Below, piece by piece: positions 34,991 to 44,500 of a stretch of 64,000 nucleotides of DNA. A program made the translations under genes and the position numbers. The stretch is from an uncultured Gemmatimonadota bacterium (lineage in GTDB: Bacteria; JAAXHH01): positions 1,184,001-1,248,000 of the forward strand of contig OX638340.1 in assembly GCA_951812955.1 (NCBI GenBank), written 5' to 3'. Every line of letters begins with the position of its first letter. Within the stretch, counting starts at the first letter, position 1. The notes beneath the pieces were generated by a model. That model was given only the letters and a program-made list of their open reading frames with translations, was not told the DNA's origin and did no database searches.

Positions 34991-35074
34991 ACTGGTAATT
35001 CGGCCTTTACTCTCTCGATTAGTTCACGGACCTGGGACTGAAAGTAGCTTATATTAAAAGTTACAATCAGGTTT

Positions 35075-35097
35075 TTCGATTCCCACACGCTCCCCCA
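35075..35097. repeat. Right copy of the tRNA-Sec 3'-end direct repeat (attR-like)
   Basis: ttcgattcccacacgctccccca is identical to 34236-34259 apart from one missing C. Confidence 0.7.
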
Positions 35098-35115
35098 ACC
35101 AAAAAGGAATAACCC

Positions 35116-35724
35116 TTGACCCGAAAGGCCGGTCAACCCGCGACAAAACCTGTCGAACCTGATACACAGCCCGGCATGCCCATGGAAATCCTGGGCATGT
35201 ACCTCTTCATCGCCAGCGAACTGATCATCTTCATCACGCTGCTCTTCATCCTGTTCTGGCTGAGGTCGGGTCTCGTAGCGGAATGGCCTCCACCGGACCA
35301 GCCCCGGCTACCCATCGGGATCACGGGTATAAACACCCTGTTTCTACTGGTAAGCGGCTACACCATGCACCGGGCATACCAGGCCGTGAAGCGGAATGCC
35401 TCCCGCCAGCTGACCCGGTGGCTGATGATAACGTGCGTACTGGGCGTGGTCTTCCTCACGGTCCAGGGCTTCGAATGGATCCGGCTGATTCGCTTCGGGC
35501 TGAGTATGACCTCGAGTCTGTACGGCGCCATGTTCTATTCGATCATCGGACTCCACGCGGTCCACGTACTCGCCACCGTGCTCGTCCTGCTCTACCTCTG
35601 GGTTCGGTCCTCCACCGGCGTCTATACCGCTGATAAACACATGGGCGTCGTACTGGGCTACATGTTCTGGCTCTTCGTCGTCCTCATCTGGCCCATCCTC
35701 TACATCCTGGTCTACCTGGTATAA
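35116..35724 (+). CDS. Cytochrome c oxidase subunit III-family membrane protein (stand-alone)
   Basis: Five TM helices and the IIGLHAVHVLATV motif, comparable to the conserved GxHGxHV region of Cox3/NorE-like proteins. No other oxidase subunits adjacent. Confidence 0.6.
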   Translation: MTRKAGQPATKPVEPDTQPGMPMEILGMYLFIASELIIFITLLFILFWLRSGLVAEWPPPDQPRLPIGITGINTLFLLVSGYTMHRAYQAVKRNASRQLTRWLMITCVLGVVFLTVQGFEWIRLIRFGLSMTSSLYGAMFYSIIGLHAVHVLATVLVLLYLWVRSSTGVYTADKHMGVVLGYMFWLFVVLIWPILYILVYLV

Positions 35725-35882
35725 ACCGACTAACCTGAACACAACGATGGATAGAAACCAAAAAGCTGTGCTATCTATACAACGTGCAAAACCCCCTCAG
35801 AGTATAGGTTTGTTTTCTACACTACACAAATTGGGACAGGTCTGCATTGCGGGGTTAATATGATCACATCCATGCAGAAAAC

Positions 35883-36566
35883 TCAATATGCCAGAACTCC
35901 AGTTTTATCGACAATCCAGTCGATCATGCAGCGGAAGCATGGACACTGTTCGCCACCTCTCTCGTCAAACAAAACTTCTGATAAGTCTGCTTTGTTTAGA
36001 ATGGTGTGGCAGTCCGATATTTCTCGGTAGGATCGTTTAAGTTTGGTACGAAACAACTGCTCAACAATCCTTTTGGGGGGATTGTCTTGGTTTTGTTCTT
36101 CGGGAGGTAGTCGCCAACCCTGAGGTTTGGTGCTCATCTTGAGTTGCGACTGCAGGTGATTCGGTGTTGCGAGAAGCAACATTTCCAAGTCGTGTTTCAA
36201 TGCACTAGGGTAAAATCGAGATAAACAACTTTGAACCTCATTCGGTCTAGCCCGTGCAGGCAATTCCCTCTTCACCAACATTCTCTGTAAGTCTTTAAGT
36301 TCTCGAAGGTTTCTGTGCCTAAACTCTGTATTCTCATAATAACGATTGGGGTAAAGATCGGGTAACCCTACGACAAGATCATTCTCATCATTCAACAGCT
36401 TTTCGGCTCCTCTAGGTCCAATTTTACGGAAAAACTTTGATTTGTTTTCGAGTGAAATCGTCTGTATACCCCATCCATTTACTCTAAGTATTGATATCCA
36501 GTCTCCCCACAGCGCAGATAGCGCTTTACAGTCCGACTTACCTTCCAAGTAGACCCACACCTTCAC
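35883..36566 (-). CDS. DUF4276-like protein (possible Toprim-like partner of the upstream ATPase)
   Basis: 227 aa with N-terminal MKVWVYLEGKSDCKAL, a (V/I)x(V/I)xxEGxxD start typical of DUF4276 and of the Toprim catalytic glutamate. About 47% GC. Lies 150 nt downstream of the ATPase on the same strand. Confidence 0.45.
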   Translation of the reverse strand: MKVWVYLEGKSDCKALSALWGDWISILRVNGWGIQTISLENKSKFFRKIGPRGAEKLLNDENDLVVGLPDLYPNRYYENTEFRHRNLRELKDLQRMLVKRELPARARPNEVQSCLSRFYPSALKHDLEMLLLATPNHLQSQLKMSTKPQGWRLPPEEQNQDNPPKRIVEQLFRTKLKRSYREISDCHTILNKADLSEVLFDERGGEQCPCFRCMIDWIVDKTGVLAY

Positions 36567-36717
36567 GCACCTGCCTCCAGTTCGCCAGATCTATGAAGGT
36601 CGCCTAAGGTTTCGCCGGAGACGTCTTCAAGCATTTGCATCAGTGCGCTGCGACTCGAGGGGCGATACCACCTGACTTTCGAGTCGTCCAACGTGCGAGT
36701 CATAACGGCTACATCAT

Positions 36718-37863
36718 CTATACCAATATACCAAAGCAGTCGAGCAGGTCTGGGCTATGGGTTGTCACGAGCACCTGTGCACGCTCTGCAGCAGACTTGA
36801 TCATTTCCGCCACTATCGGCAACAGGCCGGGATGAAGTCCCAACTCCGGTTCGTCTATAGCTATCAGTGGAGGAGGAACTGGATTCAATAGCGCAGTCGC
36901 CAGACACAGGAACCGCAACATACCGTCAGAGAGTTCCCACAGGTACATGGAACGGGAGATTCCTTTTTCTCGTATCCCGACCAGAGCTTGCGGAGGAGTT
37001 CCGTAGGTAGTTTCGCAATGGATATCCTCGAATGTGGGATACGACACGCGCAGGTATTCGTGTAAGTCCTCTGCAGTCGAACGATAGTCGTATCGTGTCA
37101 GAATTTCGTGTAGCACTGTACCCAAATTGTCACCCACTGACGTCAACATCGTATCCCGTTTTATATCCGCTGGTTTTGATCTAAGCGCAGAAGACCAGGT
37201 GACGTCAAAGCCCGGGTAAAATGCCATACCTGCCAACAAAAACCTAGCGACAGCGGGAATTGGAAACTCATTAAAGAACCTTATCTGGGAAAGTAATAGA
37301 GCCATTTCTTGTTGTGCGGCTATTCCGCGTTCCTGATTCTTTTCTGCCGAACTGGATTCCTGCACCGCAGAAGGTTCGGGCTGCGCAACATCAAAAGGAA
37401 TCAAACGGTGTTTTTCTCTGTCAAATACTTGCCTTCTATACTGTGTTGCCTCCAGAAACTTTAGTGATTCATCATGGCCTGTATACGGATTCAGATTCCT
37501 GAGAACTTCATACTCAGGTTGCATCTGTCCATCCACATTCACTTTCAAAACAACTTCGTACTTTAGTGGGTTATCATTCTGTAGTGGTAGATCATTCCAT
37601 CGAGGAGTCCTTGGTCTACAAAAATCAATCTTCCAACTCAATCGATCAGTGCTGTTGCCCGCCGTAAGCATAGATTGAGCGCCTCGATGCCAACTAAGAG
37701 CAGTTTCTATCGGAAAGTCACAACATTCTCTTATTAACCTTAGGCAATCGATCAGCGAACTCTTGCCGCTAGCATTCGCACCGATTACCACCGTCAAAGG
37801 CTTAAGGTCAGCCTTAAAATCGCTGAGGAGCCGGTAGCCACTTACCTCGATATTCATGATCAT
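36718..37863 (-). CDS. AAA_21/ABC-type ATPase (SMC/OLD-like ATP-binding protein)
   Basis: Walker A VIGANASGKSSLIDCL. ABC signature-like LSDGMLRFLCLATAL. Walker B LIAIDEPELGLHP. H-loop VTTHSP. About 42% GC. Confidence 0.8.
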   Translation of the reverse strand: MIMNIEVSGYRLLSDFKADLKPLTVVIGANASGKSSLIDCLRLIRECCDFPIETALSWHRGAQSMLTAGNSTDRLSWKIDFCRPRTPRWNDLPLQNDNPLKYEVVLKVNVDGQMQPEYEVLRNLNPYTGHDESLKFLEATQYRRQVFDREKHRLIPFDVAQPEPSAVQESSSAEKNQERGIAAQQEMALLLSQIRFFNEFPIPAVARFLLAGMAFYPGFDVTWSSALRSKPADIKRDTMLTSVGDNLGTVLHEILTRYDYRSTAEDLHEYLRVSYPTFEDIHCETTYGTPPQALVGIREKGISRSMYLWELSDGMLRFLCLATALLNPVPPPLIAIDEPELGLHPGLLPIVAEMIKSAAERAQVLVTTHSPDLLDCFGILV

Positions 37864-38182
37864 GATCTACCACCTTAAGCTTACTCTCGAAGGTCCATAG
37901 ATCTTCTACTGAGTTAGAATACGATGCACTCCGCCAGAAGGTATCAAAATCTAGATTCAAATATACATAGTCATTCTTTCAATTACAATCTCGTTGACAG
38001 TGTTGAATCTTGGTACGTCAGAAAGGTCATGAAGACACATGAGAAGATGACTCGGTTGAACCTACAAGTTTACCATTTATTTATTGTTGTAGTTCAGGCT
38101 AATTTCAATCTGTGTTATGGGCATAAAGGAAGATCCAAAAACAGTGGAAGATGAACAAAGCTCACTGAGACATGAAGGTTCT

Positions 38183-39013
38183 TCACCTGAAATCCGCGAT
38201 GGATGAAAGATATTCGTAGCTCTGGCGGGCGGCGTCTTCGGGTTCCATGAGCTCGGCAAAGGCCTGGTGCACGGTGACGTAACCGTCGTATTCCAACTCC
38301 TCAAGCGTCCGCATGATGACGGGGAAATCGATCCCGCCCGTTTCCTGGAGTGGAACCGGATCGTGGGGCGCGGGTCCTCGTACCCAGGTGTTCAGGGTCA
38401 TGGATCCATCGGGATTCAGGCGGTGGTTCTGCAGGTAGACGTTGAAGAGCCAGGGCTCGAAACGCTTTATGGTTTCCGGACCGTAATCCTGGCCGCACAG
38501 ATCCAGGTTCGCCGGTTCGTAGATGATGCCGAAATTCTCGCGACCGACCTGTTTCAGCACCGAAACCGACTCCTCCACGGTTTCAAACAGGCTGCGGGTA
38601 TGAGACTGGTGGGCCAGCCGGATGTCCCGTTCGGCCGCCTCGTCCGAAGCCCACCGCACCCAGGCGATATCTTCTTCCGTCTTCATGCCGATCCGGATCA
38701 GGTCGGCGTCCAGCAATTCTGCCAGGTCCAGGTAGGGCGTGATGTTCCGCAAGGCGTCCGGGGCGTGTTCGTCATTTGCGGGAATGGGGATGTCTCCCGT
38801 AACCATTGAAACGGGGAGATCCCGATCATCGAGGATCTTCCGTACGGCTGTGATCTGTTCCAGCGGCGACTTGATGCCGGCCTGGGAAGCCCGCATGCAC
38901 ATGGCGGAGTATCCGATCTCCAGCGCCAGGTCGGCCAGGTGTTCCATGGATCGGTTGGCTTCTTCCTTGTTCAGAACGGATTCGGCGACGCGTACGGACA
39001 ACGAGAGCTCCAT
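38183..39013 (-). CDS. Sugar phosphate isomerase/epimerase (xylose-isomerase-like TIM barrel)
   Basis: Size and motifs (…IRIGMKTEE…IIYEPANLDLCG…) are characteristic of the AP endonuclease 2 / xylose isomerase-like TIM-barrel family. Confidence 0.75.
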   Translation of the reverse strand: MELSLSVRVAESVLNKEEANRSMEHLADLALEIGYSAMCMRASQAGIKSPLEQITAVRKILDDRDLPVSMVTGDIPIPANDEHAPDALRNITPYLDLAELLDADLIRIGMKTEEDIAWVRWASDEAAERDIRLAHQSHTRSLFETVEESVSVLKQVGRENFGIIYEPANLDLCGQDYGPETIKRFEPWLFNVYLQNHRLNPDGSMTLNTWVRGPAPHDPVPLQETGGIDFPVIMRTLEELEYDGYVTVHQAFAELMEPEDAARQSYEYLSSIADFR

Positions 39014-39093
39014 AGACTCAAACCTCTACTTTTTCAGGGTAACATGGCTATAAGGTAACATGGCAATAAGGATGACGAGGCAACACCAACGGC

Positions 39094-39720
39094 CTAACGC
39101 AACTGTACTTCTGATCCACCCGGCAACTGGTGACCGACACAGGCAAGAACCTGGGCGGCAAAGCGATACGTGAGGCCCCAGAGCACGGGCCCTTCACCGT
39201 CCAGGAGATCGATGGCGCATACTTCCCGTTCTCCCCATTCGCCCACGACTGGGGTAGTCACGTACCGGTTCTGATCCATTAGACCAGCAAGCGGGAACCA
39301 GAATGCGTCCTGGACCTCGTGGTTAAGTGATAACTCGAACCCATGCGTAAGACAAAACACGAAAGCGGCGACGTGCACCTTGCTGAGATGTGTAGCCTGG
39401 TCGTCGAGCCGGCAGACGTAGTCCGCCCCGGTAAGGTCGAGACCGGTTTCCTCCCGCGTTTCACGTATGGCGGTTTGCCGGGGATCGACATCGGTAGCGT
39501 CGATCTTCCCGCCGGGAAAACCGATATGGCCGGACCATGGATCGCCGTCGCGCCGCGCACGCACCAGGAAGAGCAATTCCATTCCCCCAACCGCCTCGCG
39601 CAGAAGGACGGCAACGGACGCCGTGAGCGCGCCGGCGGCGGGGTCCAGCAACCTGGCGCGCCTGACGCGCAGCTTTTCAATCAGTGCTCTTTCTTGAATC
39701 ATCGCACCGCTGCTCTCCAT
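39094..39720 (-). CDS. NUDIX hydrolase (CoA pyrophosphatase-like)
   Basis: NUDIX box GHIGFPGGKIDATDVDPRQTAIRETREETGL. Start set at the ATG that does not overlap the downstream PhyH gene. Confidence 0.75.
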   Translation of the reverse strand: MESSGAMIQERALIEKLRVRRARLLDPAAGALTASVAVLLREAVGGMELLFLVRARRDGDPWSGHIGFPGGKIDATDVDPRQTAIRETREETGLDLTGADYVCRLDDQATHLSKVHVAAFVFCLTHGFELSLNHEVQDAFWFPLAGLMDQNRYVTTPVVGEWGEREVCAIDLLDGEGPVLWGLTYRFAAQVLACVGHQLPGGSEVQLR

Positions 39721-39772
39721 AGGCAGAACATTTCCACTCGCGACCTGTTTTTCGTGTGCGGCTCCCGACGAT

Positions 39773-40630
39773 TCATGACCGTGCGAACACGACCTGGTTT
39801 CGGGGATGGTCGGCGCGCTGGCCCGGACGCCTGTTGCCCAGGTTGGCATCGATGACCGGCCGGTTTTCCTCGCTGCACGCCGAATCGTCGATACAGAGGC
39901 CGTCCTCATAGAACGTGATCCCAATTGCTTCGCGGATGCGGCACGACGTGTTGGCCCGGGCGCCGTGCACGACCCAGTGGCTGTGCAGGGTGGCGTCGCC
40001 AGCGGGAATCTCCTCTTCCACCACGGGGTTCCGCCTAGTGCGGATGTGGCCTTCGAAGTAGGATTCCGATTTGCGGTGGATCCCCCTGGGGCCCAAGACT
40101 CTTGACCTGTGGGTACCGCTGGCGAATCGCGGCGGCCCCATGTCGATAGCGGTGTCCACGAGGGGTATCCACATGGTGAGCACGTTGTCCGAATGAAGGG
40201 GCCAATGCGGACCGTCCTGGTGCCATGGCGTGAGCCAGCTACCGGGTTCCTTGAACATCGCCTTGTCGTAGTAGATGCGCACCGCGTCCACGCCCATCAG
40301 GTCGGCCGCGATCTTCCCGAAACGGGGCGACTGGATGAACCGCGCCGCACGCTCGTCGGCTTCCCTCAGGTTGAAGGTCTGCATGAATACGCGGGAGAAA
40401 TCATCCTCCGGCCGGTCGCTCATCTTTTTCGCCCCGGCAAACCGATTGGCCGTGACCGACTTCAACACTTCGCGGTACACGTCGATCTCTTCCCTTGAAC
40501 AAACGCCACCCAGATGGACGTGGCCGTTCTCGCGGTATTGGCGTACGTGGTCTGCGGTCAGGGAGTATTCCGACGAAAGATCCGGTCTGAGGGTCGGTTC
40601 GCACGTCGTCATGGATAGAAATCCTTCCAC
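39773..40630 (-). CDS. PhyH-family Fe(II)/2OG dioxygenase
   Basis: WHQDGPHWP motif and family-typical length, paralogous to 45681..46529. Confidence 0.8.
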   Translation of the reverse strand: MEGFLSMTTCEPTLRPDLSSEYSLTADHVRQYRENGHVHLGGVCSREEIDVYREVLKSVTANRFAGAKKMSDRPEDDFSRVFMQTFNLREADERAARFIQSPRFGKIAADLMGVDAVRIYYDKAMFKEPGSWLTPWHQDGPHWPLHSDNVLTMWIPLVDTAIDMGPPRFASGTHRSRVLGPRGIHRKSESYFEGHIRTRRNPVVEEEIPAGDATLHSHWVVHGARANTSCRIREAIGITFYEDGLCIDDSACSEENRPVIDANLGNRRPGQRADHPRNQVVFARS

Positions 40631-40948
40631 CCGGCGGATAAAGTCGCCGGTTAGTCTGGGACTGGATCGCAGGTAACGGCAACTAACCTTTTCGCCCTGG
40701 GAAGGTCAAGGAGTTTGCCCCGCTGACGGGAGACCGGCGAACTGAACATTGCAGGGCTCTCCGGAAACGGTTTTACAGGCATCCGCACTTGAAAGTTGAC
40801 AGACCGAATCCGTCCACCAGCCCCCCACACTTGACAGGTCGCATCGGTTCGTCTTTATTTGAGGAAACGCGGCGAGACGATCTTGCAGCACACGAGTCCG
40901 CCGCGATTGCAGTTTATGAAACCCGGACGGCAAAGCCCGGAGCATACC

Positions 40949-41950
40949 ATGGAAGAAAACGGCCCGATACTCGAATTCGAAAAGCCGATTTACGAGCTCG
41001 AAAAACGCATCGAGGAAATGAGAAACTATGCGGTGACCGAAAACCTCGATGCCCTGGCCGATGAGATCCAGCGCCTGGAAGAGGAAGTGGTCCGTCAGCG
41101 GCAGAAGACCTATGCCAACCTAACCCGGTGGCAGCGCGTGCTCATCGCCCGCCATCCGAACCGCCCCCACACGCTCGATTATATAAACGGGATGATGACG
41201 GATTTCGTCGAGCTGCACGGTGACCGGTCTTTCGGGGATGACAAAGCCATGGTCACCGGACTGGCGAAAATGGACGGACGGCCCATCGCCGTCGTGGGCC
41301 ACCAGAAGGGAAAGAACACCAAGGAAAACGTGATGCGCAATTTCGGCATGGCGGGTCCCGAGGGATACCGCAAGGCCCTGCGCATCATGAGGCTGGCCGA
41401 GAAGTTCGACATGCCGGTCCTGTCCCTCGTCGACACCCCTGGAGCCTATCCCGGCGCGGGTGCCGAGGAACGGGGCCAGGCGGAAGCCATCGCACGGAAC
41501 ATTTATGAGATGGGACGCCTACGTGTACCGATCATCGTCATGGTCATCGGCGAAGGCGCCAGCGGCGGCGCCCTGGGCATCGGCGTGGGCGACCGGGTCA
41601 TCATGATGGAGAACGCCTGGTATTCGGTGATCAGCCCCGAACCCTGTTCCACCATCCTCTGGAAAGACCAGGAGAAGGCCGCGGCCCGCAAGGCGGACTG
41701 CGCGGAAGCCCTCCGCCTTTCTGCCACCGACCTGCTACAGTTCGGCGTCATCGACGAAATCGTCCCCGAGCCCTTCGGAGGCGCGCACCGCGACCACGAA
41801 ACATCCATTGCCAATGTCAGAAAATCCATCCTCAAGGCGTTGCACGAGGCGGGCGAACAGTCCGTCGAGGAGCGCCTAGAAGCCCGGCTGGAAAAGTACA
41901 GCAGCATGGGCGCATACGATGTAGTACCCACCGCGGACGACCAATCGTAA
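40949..41950 (+). CDS. accA: Acetyl-CoA carboxylase carboxyltransferase alpha subunit
   Basis: Full-length match, including [18 protein letters not shown] and the [26 protein letters not shown] carboxyltransferase core. Confidence 0.95.
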   Translation: MEENGPILEFEKPIYELEKRIEEMRNYAVTENLDALADEIQRLEEEVVRQRQKTYANLTRWQRVLIARHPNRPHTLDYINGMMTDFVELHGDRSFGDDKAMVTGLAKMDGRPIAVVGHQKGKNTKENVMRNFGMAGPEGYRKALRIMRLAEKFDMPVLSLVDTPGAYPGAGAEERGQAEAIARNIYEMGRLRVPIIVMVIGEGASGGALGIGVGDRVIMMENAWYSVISPEPCSTILWKDQEKAAARKADCAEALRLSATDLLQFGVIDEIVPEPFGGAHRDHETSIANVRKSILKALHEAGEQSVEERLEARLEKYSSMGAYDVVPTADDQS

Positions 41951-41973
41951 ATCGGAATCCGGGAGCGGGATTC

Positions 41974-43161
41974 TTGTTAAAAGCCATCCAGGGCGGCTCG
42001 ATCATTAACGGTAAGGGTGAAATCCCGATTCCCAATGGGATGATCCTGTTGGACGGCAATCGGATAGAAGCCGTCGGTTCCCGCGATAGCCTTCCCATTC
42101 CCCGCGACGCGGAAGTCATCGACCTGGGTACGGCCACCCTCCTCCCCGGTCTCATCGATACCCACGTGCATCTCGTCATGAACGCGAAGGAGGACTGTGT
42201 AACCTCCCTGGCGCGCAAGAACGCAGTGGAGTCGGTGGTCGAGGCCGCCGGCAACGCCCGCCGCGCTCTGCGGGGCGGCGTGACGACCGTGCGGGACTGT
42301 GCCGACGTGTTCGGCGTAACGCTGACGTTGAAGCGAGCCATCGACGCGGGTGAGCTCGAAGGTCCGCGCATTCTCGCCTGCGGACTGCCCATCACCACGA
42401 CGGCGGGACACCTTCACTACATGGGGATCAGCGCGGACAGCAAGGAGGAGGTGCTGAAGGCCGTGCGCACGGTGGTCACCATGGGGGTGGACTGGGTCAA
42501 GGTGTGCGCGACCGGCGGAGGTCTGACCCCCGACAGCAACGTCCGTCGCGCCCAGTATTCGGCGGAGACGTTGTCGGCCCTCGTCCGGGACGCCCATCGT
42601 CTCGGAAGGAAGGTCGCCGCCCACGCCCACGGGACCGAAGGCATTTTGAACTGTGCCATCGCCGGCACCGACAGCATCGAGCACTGTTCGTGGATGGGAG
42701 AGGAAGAAGGACACCGCTACGATGAAAATGCCGTCGATCTGATTCGGAAGAAAGGACTCTACGTCAGCCACACCATCACCGGACCGAGGACGGCTTCGCC
42801 GGAAGAGGTGGAAGAACTGCTGAACAGCGAACTAGGCGAGCGGTTCGCCTTGCAGCGGCGTACGCTGGAAGAAGGCGTGCGCATGGTCATATCCAGCGAT
42901 GCGGGGGTCATCGACACCCGATTCGAGGATTTCACCGGAGGCCTCGTCATCGCCGTCCAGTGCTGCGGCTTCTCACCAATGGGCGCCATCATCGCCTCCA
43001 CGAGCCGTGCGGCCGAAATGCTGGGCATGGAAAACCGGATCGGCTCCCTGGAACCCGGTAAAAGCGCCGATATCCTGGCGGTCGACGGAGATCCGCTTCA
43101 GGATATCAGCGCGATCCGGCGGATCGTCGGCGTGTTCAAGGACGGCGAGCGATACGTGTAA
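41974..43161 (+). CDS. Metal-dependent amidohydrolase-family protein
   Basis: N-terminal LPGLIDTHVHL metal-binding motif. Downstream conserved His and Asp residues of the amidohydrolase fold. Confidence 0.85.
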   Translation: MLKAIQGGSIINGKGEIPIPNGMILLDGNRIEAVGSRDSLPIPRDAEVIDLGTATLLPGLIDTHVHLVMNAKEDCVTSLARKNAVESVVEAAGNARRALRGGVTTVRDCADVFGVTLTLKRAIDAGELEGPRILACGLPITTTAGHLHYMGISADSKEEVLKAVRTVVTMGVDWVKVCATGGGLTPDSNVRRAQYSAETLSALVRDAHRLGRKVAAHAHGTEGILNCAIAGTDSIEHCSWMGEEEGHRYDENAVDLIRKKGLYVSHTITGPRTASPEEVEELLNSELGERFALQRRTLEEGVRMVISSDAGVIDTRFEDFTGGLVIAVQCCGFSPMGAIIASTSRAAEMLGMENRIGSLEPGKSADILAVDGDPLQDISAIRRIVGVFKDGERYV

Positions 43162-43327
43162 TCCGCAGGAACCCTTCCGTATTTCTCGACAACTGCTCCC
43201 TGCGTTCGCGACCTCCGCACAGTATACCGCGACATCCACGCTGTATATACATTGTATCTACTGAAACTACCTCGCAGAAACCTAGTAACCATACGTGTTT
43301 CAGCACGCCTGGATGGCGCCATGAGGG

Positions 43328-44500
43328 CTAGGCTATCGTACGGGGTTTCAGTTCGCCTGGACGGGTGAATCGAGCGAGCGCGAAGAGGCTAGTGTCGACT
43401 GGCGGCGTTTCGTCGTACAGTTTGGCGGCCAGGATCTCGCCCAGTACCGGGCCGAACTTGAACCCGTGCCCCGAAAACCCCGCGGCTACGACTACGTGGC
43501 TGTAATCGGGATGGCGATCCAGGATGAAGTGGTAGTCCGCAGAATTGGTGTAGAGACAGTGTTTCACCGTGACGGGATTGCGGAAAAGGTGGGGACATCT
43601 TCGGCCGACGAATGCCTGCACCGCGGCGAGATTGACGCGATCCACGTCTTCGGGGTCATCGGCATCGACGATACGGCCGGTTCTATGGCAGCCGGCTTTC
43701 ACCCCAGGCACCTGTACCTGGGGCACGCAGTAAAAGGGATCGGCGGTGTGATAATCGATCACGTTGGGCATGGCACCCGCCTCATGCGAGACCGGCCCGG
43801 CCTGCGGAAAGTAGGCCAGCAGTTCGCGCGTGATCACCAACTTGGCTTTGATCCCCAGTGCGTCAAGCCACCGGCCCGTCCATCCACCCGCTGCCAGCAC
43901 CAGGCTGGCAGCCGACCAGGAGCGCCCGTCGGACGCTGTTACCTCGACACGGTCTTCGCGCGGATCAATCGCAGCGACTTCCGTTTCCGTCAGGGCGTCC
44001 ACGCCATCTTCCCGGACGCAGTCCCACATACTCCGAACCAATACGTCCGCGAAAAGTACCGCGCTGTCGGGCTGGTGGATCGCTTCGCTTGTCCGTGGCA
44101 GGTTCAATTGAGGGAAACGGCGGGAAAAGGCAACGCCGGCCAGCCGCTCGTAGGGTAGTCCGCATTCCCGCAACCGGGTTTCAAGGATACCCAGTACCTC
44201 CGCGTCTGCTGGCGCCAGGTTGCAGATCCCGGTCTGTCTGAACAGCGGCCTGCCCAGGCGTTTCGCGAGGTCTTCCCAGAACCGGAACGCCCGCGACGCC
44301 ATTTCGACGTACACGTTCTCTTCGTAATCGAAACGAAACATCCGGCTGTCGCCGTGCGAACTGCCGTGTTGGTGTGCGGGCGCGTATCTTTCTAGCAGAA
44401 GTACGCGTTTTCCGCGCCCGGCCAGGACATAGGCAGACGAGACGCCGACGACCCCTCCGCCGACCACGATGACATCGTACTGGTTCTCCCGCCGGCTCAC
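43328..44500 (-). CDS. FAD-dependent oxidoreductase (sarcosine / N-methyltryptophan oxidase-like)
   Basis: YDVIVVGGGVVGVSSAYVLA Rossmann motif. About 390 aa, comparable to SolA/MSOX. Confidence 0.8.
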   Translation of the reverse strand: MSRRENQYDVIVVGGGVVGVSSAYVLAGRGKRVLLLERYAPAHQHGSSHGDSRMFRFDYEENVYVEMASRAFRFWEDLAKRLGRPLFRQTGICNLAPADAEVLGILETRLRECGLPYERLAGVAFSRRFPQLNLPRTSEAIHQPDSAVLFADVLVRSMWDCVREDGVDALTETEVAAIDPREDRVEVTASDGRSWSAASLVLAAGGWTGRWLDALGIKAKLVITRELLAYFPQAGPVSHEAGAMPNVIDYHTADPFYCVPQVQVPGVKAGCHRTGRIVDADDPEDVDRVNLAAVQAFVGRRCPHLFRNPVTVKHCLYTNSADYHFILDRHPDYSHVVVAAGFSGHGFKFGPVLGEILAAKLYDETPPVDTSLFALARFTRPGELKPRTIA

